64,000 nucleotides of DNA. It comes from Acidimicrobiia bacterium. GTDB taxonomy: Bacteria; Actinomycetota; Acidimicrobiia; Spongiisociales; UBA5794. The position numbers and the translations under genes are program-made. The notes under the pieces are model-generated. The model made no database searches. It had not been told where the DNA came from and was given only the letters and a program-made list of their open reading frames with translations. Positions 57,566 through 64,000 of the stretch are shown in pieces; within the stretch, counting starts at the first letter, position 1, and every line of letters starts with the position of its first letter. Location of the stretch: positions 3,526,653 to 3,590,652 of the forward strand of contig CBDCGU010000003.1 in the NCBI GenBank assembly GCA_965216945.1, given 5' to 3'.

Positions 57566-58924
57566 TCACGATCGCATCATCGATACGAGATTGGTGGTGT
57601 ATGCGCCTTGGACAAAGGAAGGAGTGGTGAGCACCTCTTCGAGGAATGGCAGGTTCGTTTCGACGCCATCGATCACGAACTCACCCGCGGCGCGGCGGGC
57701 GCGAAGGATCGCATCGGGACGACTCTGGCCCCAAGCGACAACCTTGGCTAGCAGTGGATCATAGAAGGGCGTGATCTCGTCACCCTTGCGGTAACCAGAG
57801 TCCACGCGGATACCGTCGCCCGTCGGCTCGATCCACTCCGTAACAGGACCAGGTCTGGGGAGGAACCGTTGCGGGTCTTCGGCGTAGACCCGCAGTTCGA
57901 TGGCGTGACCCTTGGGCTGAGCGTCGTCGAGCGTTGGCGTCCGTGTGCCGCCACCCGCGATCCGAAGCTGTTGTTCAACGAGGTCCACTCCATGGACGGC
58001 CTCGGTGACAGGATGCTCGACCTGAATCCTTGCGTTCACCTCGAGGAACGAGAACTCATCACCGTGCAGCAAGAACTCGAAGGTACCTGCATTCTGGTAG
58101 CCGATCGCACGAGCTCCCTCACTGGCCGCGGTCTGCAGTCGTTCCCTCAACTCTTCCCCGATGCCAGGAGCCGGCGTCTCCTCCACTACCTTCTGGTGCC
58201 GGCGTTGTACCGAGCAATCTCGCTCCAGGAAGGTCACGACTTGCCCGTCCGGCATGCCAAGTATCTGGACCTCGATATGGCGTGCGTCCGGGTAGTACTT
58301 CTCCAGCAGCAGGCCCCCACCCCCGAAGAATCTGAGGGCCTGATCGCGAGCCTTGTCGATCGCCGGCAGCAAAGCTGCGGGGTCTTCGATGATGTGCATG
58401 CCGATGCCTCCGCCGCCGGCGGAGGCCTTGAGCATCACTGGAAATCCGATTTCAGCAGCGAGCGCGACGGCGTCGCTGTCGTCCGCAACGGGCCCTCCCG
58501 CACCCACCGGCACGTCGGCTTCCGCCATTCGACTGCGCGCCGCATTCTTGTCGCCAACAGTGGCGATCGATTCCGGGGACGGTCCCACCCACGTCATGCC
58601 TGCCGCCTCGACAGCCCGAGCAAACGGTGCGCTCTCGGCCAGGAACCCGTAGCCGGGGTGGACGGCGCGAGCTCCGCCGAACGTGGCCGCCCTCATGATG
58701 GATGCGATGTCCAGATACGACTCCGCCGGCGGCGGGGGGCCGATGACGTGGTAGCTGTCTGCCTCTGCGACGTGCCGGCTGGCCTCATCGGCGGTGGAGC
58801 AGACCGCGATGGTCTGAATGCCCAGCTTGCGAGCCGTCTCGATCACGCGACACGCGATCTCGCCGCGATTGGCGATGAGGAGAGGACTGAGCGATGTCAA
58901 AGACTCGCTAGACGGGATAGACAC
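57566..58924 (-). CDS. acyl-CoA carboxylase biotin carboxylase subunit
   Basis: ATP-grasp motifs (MLKASAGGGGIGM; EVNARIQVEHPVTE). Confidence 0.85.
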   Translation of the reverse strand: MSIPSSESLTSLSPLLIANRGEIACRVIETARKLGIQTIAVCSTADEASRHVAEADSYHVIGPPPPAESYLDIASIMRAATFGGARAVHPGYGFLAESAPFARAVEAAGMTWVGPSPESIATVGDKNAARSRMAEADVPVGAGGPVADDSDAVALAAEIGFPVMLKASAGGGGIGMHIIEDPAALLPAIDKARDQALRFFGGGGLLLEKYYPDARHIEVQILGMPDGQVVTFLERDCSVQRRHQKVVEETPAPGIGEELRERLQTAASEGARAIGYQNAGTFEFLLHGDEFSFLEVNARIQVEHPVTEAVHGVDLVEQQLRIAGGGTRTPTLDDAQPKGHAIELRVYAEDPQRFLPRPGPVTEWIEPTGDGIRVDSGYRKGDEITPFYDPLLAKVVAWGQSRPDAILRARRAAGEFVIDGVETNLPFLEEVLTTPSFVQGAYTTNLVSMMRS

Positions 58925-60470
58925 CGTTGCGCCGATCTCGTCGACCGATCGGTCGGGTGCTGTAGAGCTCGAAGCGGCGGATCAGCTCTTCACGCAGCTC
59001 TTCACCCGGCACGACAGCCTCGACGGCGTTGTCGGATGCCACCTCGAGGATGTCGATCTCTTCCTCGTACTCGGCTTGCTTCTTCATGACGAATCGTCTG
59101 CGCTCATCGAGGTCCGTGATCTCCTCCAGTCTTCTGGCGTAGATGGCATTGATGGCCGCCGCCGGGCCCATGAGCGCAGGCCGAGCCGTGGGGAGTGCGA
59201 TGAGCGCATCTGGCCCTGTGGGAGCGCCCGACATCGCGAGATAGCCACCGCCGTAGGCCTTGCGGACCATGACGGCGATCCGGGGTACGGTCGATTCGCA
59301 TACGGCGAAGAGCAGCTTCGCACCATGCCTGATGATGCCGTTCCTCTCGACGGCACTGCCGACCATGAACCCCGAGATGTCCTGGAGGAAGAGCAGCGGG
59401 ATGCCGAAAGCGTTGCAGAGCCAAATGAACCGCGCGGCCTTGTCGGACGAATCCGGGAACAGCACACCGGCACGAATCCGAGAGTTGTTGGCAACGATGC
59501 CGACCGATCTGCCACCCAACCTCGCGAAGCCGGTGATCAACTCCTTGGCGAACAGCTCTTTGATCTCGAAGAACGAACCTTCGTCGGCGAGCGCTTTGAT
59601 CAACTCGTGCATGTCAAAGGCAAGGTTCTCGCGTGTTGGCACGATCTCCTCGATCGATGGACCGGGAGCCGGCTCCTTAGCCTCGATCAATCGTTGGGGA
59701 CCGTCCCACCGCGCTGGAACGTAGGACAGGTACTGGCGGAGCGCGCCGATCGCCTCTTCGTCAGTCTCGACGAGCATGTCGCCGAGACCCGAGACGGAGC
59801 AGTGCATCCGCGCGCCGCCCATCTCCTCGAGAGTGACCTTCTCACCAGTGGCCATCTCGGCGAGGCGGGGGGACCCGATGTAGGCGGTGGCCCGGACATC
59901 CACCATCACGATGAAGTCACAGAGAGCGGGGACGTACGCAGACCCCGCGGGACTCGGCCCAAACATCGCGCAGATCTGCGGTACCCGGCCGGACAGCTGG
60001 ATCTGGTTGTAGAAGATGTTGCCCCACGCACGGCGCCCGACGTAGCTCTCGAATTGCTCGTTGATCCGTGCACCTGCGGAATCGACGAGGTACACGACCG
60101 GCGCACCGGCTTCAACGGCGACCTCTTGGATGCGGGTGATCTTCTCGAACGTCTTGCGGCCCCACGTGCCTGCTTTGACCGTGTAGTCGTTGGCGATGAC
60201 GGCCACCAGTGAGCCGTCGACCTTGCCAAACGCCGTCACGACCGCGTCGCCCGGCAGATTCTCGCTCGTGCGTGCCAACAGTCCATCCTCGATCTGCCAT
60301 CCGTCGTCGAACAACAGATCGAGCCTGTCTCTCACCAGCATCTTGCCCGCGACGAGCTGCTTGCGTCGTGCCTCTTCGGACCCGCCGAGCCGTGCGGACT
60401 CGTTGGCCCGGCGAACGGTGTCGGATACCGACTCGTGTTCGGGTCGTGTTTCGCCAGTTCTCGATACCAT
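58908..60470 (-). CDS. acyl-CoA carboxylase carboxyltransferase (beta) subunit
   Basis: Carboxyltransferase N and C domain pattern; start at MVSRTGETRP. Confidence 0.85.
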   Translation of the reverse strand: MVSRTGETRPEHESVSDTVRRANESARLGGSEEARRKQLVAGKMLVRDRLDLLFDDGWQIEDGLLARTSENLPGDAVVTAFGKVDGSLVAVIANDYTVKAGTWGRKTFEKITRIQEVAVEAGAPVVYLVDSAGARINEQFESYVGRRAWGNIFYNQIQLSGRVPQICAMFGPSPAGSAYVPALCDFIVMVDVRATAYIGSPRLAEMATGEKVTLEEMGGARMHCSVSGLGDMLVETDEEAIGALRQYLSYVPARWDGPQRLIEAKEPAPGPSIEEIVPTRENLAFDMHELIKALADEGSFFEIKELFAKELITGFARLGGRSVGIVANNSRIRAGVLFPDSSDKAARFIWLCNAFGIPLLFLQDISGFMVGSAVERNGIIRHGAKLLFAVCESTVPRIAVMVRKAYGGGYLAMSGAPTGPDALIALPTARPALMGPAAAINAIYARRLEEITDLDERRRFVMKKQAEYEEEIDILEVASDNAVEAVVPGEELREELIRRFELYSTRPIGRRDRRNGVYPV

Positions 60471-60522
60471 GCAGTCCACAGCCTTCTCGTCGGCATCCAG
60501 CGGCACAGGACGCTGAGAGCGA

Positions 60523-60540
60523 CGAACGAACGATCGTATG
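60523..60540. promoter_or_regulatory. operator variant CGAACGAACGATCGTATG in the divergent carboxyltransferase / MaoC intergenic region
   Basis: Read directly. Confidence 0.4.
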
Positions 60541-60662
60541 ATCAGGAGCCTAGGGACGAGCACTTGCACCCGCAACCGCAGACGTCGGCGTGTGCGGAGC
60601 GTGTGCGGAGGAGCGGGGCGGCGCCGCAGTGTATCGTCATGCGGCCGCACCTGAGAGGTACG

Positions 60663-61163
60663 ATGTCAACCACTCCACAGAACGGCGGTCCGGCGGAATC
60701 CGCCGATCGAGGACTCTACGATCGATTCTGGGAAGACTTCCCGAGAGGACGGTCTATCACCACGCGTGGCGTCACCGTCACGGAAGCGCACATTGTGGGT
60801 TGGGCGAATCTTGCAGGCGACTGGCTACCTATTCACGTTGACCAGAACGTCTCCTCCCAGAACCACTTTGGTGGCGTGGTGGCACACGGGCCGCTCACCT
60901 TTGCGCTTGCGCTCGGCCTCGTCACACAGAGCGGCATATTTGGTGACGGTGTCCTCGCATGGCTCGGTGTGGACGACCTGCGGCTTCCGCGACCGGTTCG
61001 GCCCGGCGACACTATCTACGTGGACGTCGAAGTGCTCGAGCAGGCGGAGACGTCACGACCCGAACGGGGCAGGGTGACGCTTCAATACACCGTGAACAAC
61101 CAGCACGGTGAGACGGTTATTCACTTCCGATCGACCCTACTCATGAGGAGGGTCGGCGGCTGA
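60663..61163 (+). CDS. MaoC family dehydratase (hot-dog fold, R-specific enoyl-CoA hydratase-like)
   Basis: HVDQNVSSQNHFGGVVAHGPLT hot-dog motif. Confidence 0.75.
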   Translation: MSTTPQNGGPAESADRGLYDRFWEDFPRGRSITTRGVTVTEAHIVGWANLAGDWLPIHVDQNVSSQNHFGGVVAHGPLTFALALGLVTQSGIFGDGVLAWLGVDDLRLPRPVRPGDTIYVDVEVLEQAETSRPERGRVTLQYTVNNQHGETVIHFRSTLLMRRVGG

Positions 61164-61262
61164 GAGCTTTCTGTCCGGTCATGACGAGTCGGCGCCGGGA
61201 GTGGCACATTGCTGGTCGCCAGGAACTGACACCGGTCCGACCACAGGCTATTCTCGCAAAAG

Positions 61263-61280
61263 CGAACGAACACTCGCTCG
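61263..61280. promoter_or_regulatory. operator variant CGAACGAACACTCGCTCG about 50 nt upstream of the 2-oxoacid dehydrogenase E1 alpha gene
   Basis: Read directly. Confidence 0.35.
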
Positions 61281-61329
61281 GTGAGCTTGGTCGAAGCTCT
61301 ACCGGACCGATGGTCGTCTCGACCCAGCC

Positions 61330-62388
61330 ATGAGGAGAGAGCGCTTGCTGCAGATTCTCGATGAGCGTGGACACCTTGTCGGCCCTGTTCCGGAGGGTCT
61401 GGACGAAGGAGTGCTCACTTCGATGATGCGTCTCATGCTCTTGGGCCGTGAGATCGACGGCAAGGCAGTGTCGCTTCAGCGGCGAGGCAAACTAGGCACT
61501 TATGCCCCACTGTCGGGACAAGAAGCGTGTTCGGTCGGCAGTGCGTTCGCAGTTGTTCCCGGTGTGGACTATCTCGTGCCGCAGTATCGGGAACAGCTGG
61601 CGATGTTGCGCTTCGGGTTGCCTCTCGGCATCTATCTTCTCCAACGTTACGGGCACCCGCTCGGCGCCCAACTCCCCGACCACGGCACGCTGTTCCCTCA
61701 GCAGGTCGCTCTCGGTTCTCACCTGCCCCACGCCACCGGGCTCGCCTGGGGGCTTCGGTTGCGAGGAGTGAGCGCTGTCGTCTTGTGTCACTTCGGAGAC
61801 GGTGCCAGCTCGCAAGGCGACTTTCACGAGGCGCTCAACCTTGCCGGCGTGAAGAAGGCGCCAGTGATCTTCTTCTGCCAGAACAACCAATGGGCCATCT
61901 CTGTGCCCACGCGTGAGCAGACCGCCGCCACCGCAATCGCAGATCGTGCTACAGGGTTGGGCGTTTTCGGTCAGCGGGTCGACGGAAACGACATCCTCGC
62001 GGTCTATGAGGCAACGCGCGTCGCAAAAGCGAGAGCGCTTGCTGGCGACGGACCAACCCTGATCGAAGGAGTGACCTACCGTCTTGGTGCGCACACGACC
62101 GCAGATGATCCGACGCTGTACATCGATGCAGCGGAGCTCGACGAGGCCCGGAGCCGTGATCCCATCTCGCGATTCCGGACGTGGCTCACTGCCGAAGGGC
62201 TTTGGGACGAGACGCTCGAGGCGAAAGCGGAAGAAGAGATCGAACGCGTGATCGAGGATGCGATCGAGGTCTTCGATGCCGCCGGTGAGGCCGACCCCAC
62301 AGCGATGTTCGCCCACGTCTACGCGGAGGATTCCCAGCGTCTCATCCGACAGCGAGAGGAATTCGAAGCCTCTTTGGGAGAGGCGTAA
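61330..62388 (+). CDS. thiamine-diphosphate-dependent 2-oxoacid dehydrogenase E1 component alpha subunit (branched-chain/pyruvate type)
   Basis: GDGASSQGDFHEALNLA TPP-binding motif. Confidence 0.85.
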   Translation: MRRERLLQILDERGHLVGPVPEGLDEGVLTSMMRLMLLGREIDGKAVSLQRRGKLGTYAPLSGQEACSVGSAFAVVPGVDYLVPQYREQLAMLRFGLPLGIYLLQRYGHPLGAQLPDHGTLFPQQVALGSHLPHATGLAWGLRLRGVSAVVLCHFGDGASSQGDFHEALNLAGVKKAPVIFFCQNNQWAISVPTREQTAATAIADRATGLGVFGQRVDGNDILAVYEATRVAKARALAGDGPTLIEGVTYRLGAHTTADDPTLYIDAAELDEARSRDPISRFRTWLTAEGLWDETLEAKAEEEIERVIEDAIEVFDAAGEADPTAMFAHVYAEDSQRLIRQREEFEASLGEA

Positions 62389-63365
62389 TGGCCGTTCTCA
62401 CCATGATCGAGTCAATTCGGCATGCGCTCGAGTTCGAGTTGGAGCGGGATCCGCGGGTGATGTTGTTCGGCGAGGATGTTGGGCGGCTTGGTGGGGTCTT
62501 CCGCGCGACGCAAGGTCTGCGCGACAGGTTCGGAGCGGAGAGGGTCGCCGATACGCCGGATTCGGAGAGTGCGATCATCGGCGCAACGATCGGGCTTGCT
62601 GCTGCCGGGCTCGTTCCGGTCGCTGAGATTCAGTTCCTTCCGTTTGCCCATCACGGCTTCCACCAGCTCGGTTTCCAGTTGGCAAGGTTTCGATATCGAA
62701 CGCTGGGCAAGTTCCCCCTTCAGGTCACGATCCGCGCCCCGTATGGCGGCAGTGTCCACGCACCGGAGCTGCATTCGGACGCATTTGAGTCCATGCTCGC
62801 CAACGGCCCTGGGCTCAAGATCGTCGCGCCGTCGACGGCCGCCGATGCGAAGGGTCTCCTACTGTCGTCGATTCGCGATCACGACCCCGTGGTGTATATG
62901 GAGCCGCTTAAGGGCTACAGGCTGGTGAAGGACGATGTGCCCGACGGGGATCACACGGTGCCCCTCGGCGTCGCGCGGGTTGCGAGGAGAGGTAGCGACG
63001 TGTCTGTGTTCGCTTGGAGCTACCAGGTCCACAATGCCTTGGAGGCCGCCGAGCTCGCCGAGAGGCTTGGCATAAGTGTGGAAGTAGTCGACCTTCGGTC
63101 GCTCGTGCCGCTCGACGAGGCTGCAATTGCCGAGTCCGTCACGAAGACGGGCCGAGCAGTTGTCGTCGAGGAGGCGCCGCGGACGGCCGGTTTTGGGGCT
63201 GAAGTTGTGGCCACCATCCAGGATCTCGTGTTCCTCGACCTCGAGGCTCCCGTCCGCCGTGTGTCCGGATACGACATACCGTACCCGATGCCGCTGCTCG
63301 AGAATTACCACATTCCAACGCCGCAGCGGATCCTCGGTGCGGTTGCGAAGACCGTGGAGTTCTAG
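62388..63365 (+). CDS. 2-oxoacid dehydrogenase E1 component beta subunit
   Basis: Transketolase-like pyrimidine-binding and C-terminal domains; TAATG overlap with the alpha subunit. Confidence 0.85.
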   Translation: MAVLTMIESIRHALEFELERDPRVMLFGEDVGRLGGVFRATQGLRDRFGAERVADTPDSESAIIGATIGLAAAGLVPVAEIQFLPFAHHGFHQLGFQLARFRYRTLGKFPLQVTIRAPYGGSVHAPELHSDAFESMLANGPGLKIVAPSTAADAKGLLLSSIRDHDPVVYMEPLKGYRLVKDDVPDGDHTVPLGVARVARRGSDVSVFAWSYQVHNALEAAELAERLGISVEVVDLRSLVPLDEAAIAESVTKTGRAVVVEEAPRTAGFGAEVVATIQDLVFLDLEAPVRRVSGYDIPYPMPLLENYHIPTPQRILGAVAKTVEF

Positions 63366-63368
63366 GCG

Positions 63369-64000
63369 GTGGCTCTGGAGTTCCGGCTGCCCGATGTCGG
63401 GGAGGGTCTGGCCGAGGCCGAGATCGTGCAATGGCGAGTTGCTGCTGGTGACGTGGTTGCGATGGACTCGGTCCTCGTTGAGATCGAGACGGATAAAGCG
63501 ATCGTCGAGATCCCGGCGCCCGTCGATGGCACGATCCTTCGCCTCGGAGCTGAAGAGGGCGAGACCATCGCGGTTGGAAGTATCTTGGTTGTCATCGATG
63601 ACGGGAGTGACGACGCGGATAGCGAGACCATTGCGCCCGCTGTAATCCCGGCCTCGACTTCGGACGTGCCATCGGCCGGCGTGTCAAGAAGGCCGACACC
63701 CCACAGGCCAAGGGCGACACCGGCGACGCGCAGTCGAGCACGCAAGCTCGGTGTAGACCTGGCCGACGTCACGCCCACTGGTCCGGGAGACCGCATCACG
63801 GATGCAGATGTCGAGCGGGCCGCTGCCGCTGAGGTCGTCGTGTCCGCCTCCACGATGCCTTCCTCCGCGGAACCAACTGGATTGCACGAGGCTCCACTCG
63901 CTGGTGACAAGCGTGTTCCGCTCAAGGGCGTGCGTGCTACCACGGCACGAGTCATGCTCGAGTCATGGCAGTCGGTACCCCACGTCTCGTCGATGCACGA
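63369..64000 (+). CDS. dihydrolipoamide acyltransferase E2 component, 3' end truncated by window edge (GTG start)
   Basis: Own translation: lipoyl domain (VEIETDKAIVEIPAPVDGTI), then E3/E1-binding domain (ARKLGVDLADVTPTGPGDRITDADVE). Not in the ORF track because the frame is open at the window end. Confidence 0.7.
   Translation, partial: MALEFRLPDVGEGLAEAEIVQWRVAAGDVVAMDSVLVEIETDKAIVEIPAPVDGTILRLGAEEGETIAVGSILVVIDDGSDDADSETIAPAVIPASTSDVPSAGVSRRPTPHRPRATPATRSRARKLGVDLADVTPTGPGDRITDADVERAAAAEVVVSASTMPSSAEPTGLHEAPLAGDKRVPLKGVRATTARVMLESWQSVPHVSSMH

Noticed and set aside
58818-60212. 464-aa plus-strand ORF
   Set aside because: Antisense to the carboxyltransferase gene.
1-64000. tRNA, rRNA and CRISPR arrays
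   Set aside because: No T-loop/anticodon-arm-like cloverleaf candidates, no rRNA-like conserved stretches, and no regularly spaced short direct repeats found on reading both strands.

Overview
This is a high-GC (about 65-70%), gene-dense window with the hallmarks of an Actinobacteria-type accessory or catabolic region. That reading rests on leaderless-looking starts, many ATGA/GTGA start-stop overlaps, and six luciferase-like (LLM-class) F420-type oxidoreductases; the taxon is an inference. I see no rRNA, tRNA or CRISPR.

Gene content by region:
- Left edge: a truncated CoxL-like molybdenum (Mo) hydroxylase large subunit at <1-1730 (-), missed by the ORF track, and an MFS transporter.
- 3.5-7.6 kb: four translationally coupled single-domain cupin genes, a kynurenine-formamidase-like cyclase, a CMD/AhpD-like protein and an ACMSD-like amidohydrolase. 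This looks like a ring-cleavage module.
- 7.7-10.1 kb: a CocE/NonD hydrolase and a universal stress protein (Usp), followed by a degraded DUF262-like fragment and a 15-bp-arm hairpin.
- 11.0-15.9 kb: a minus-strand module of TetR, GT1 glycosyltransferase, VanZ-like fusion protein and secreted S8 peptidase.
- 16.0-17.9 kb: an AmmeMemoRadiSam pair (Memo-like B plus radical SAM, convergent and overlapping) with no AMMECR1.
- 19.1-22.6 kb: a VOC protein, and two DUF427 paralogs flanking a MarR regulator.
- 22.6-23.1 kb: transposase remnants (IS630-like and rve-type fragments).
- 23.1-46.4 kb: a large redox/catabolic island. It holds amidohydrolases, LLMs, a complete CoxM/S/L-type Mo hydroxylase, an Fe/polyamine-type ABC transporter, SDRs, a TauE exporter, OsmC, an OYE reductase and a cupin::sulfite-oxidase fusion. 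It also holds a peroxiredoxin whose peroxidatic Cys codon in the WCPxC motif is an in-frame TGA; this is either a selenocysteine candidate or a nonsense pseudogene.
- 46.5-64.0 kb: TetR, then an Atu/Liu-like acyl-CoA cluster and the start of a branched-chain 2-oxoacid dehydrogenase operon.

The most notable non-coding signal is a recurring palindromic motif, consensus CGAACGnnCGTACGTTCG with CGAACGTTCG-type variants. It sits upstream of at least 11 operons and looks like one regulon.
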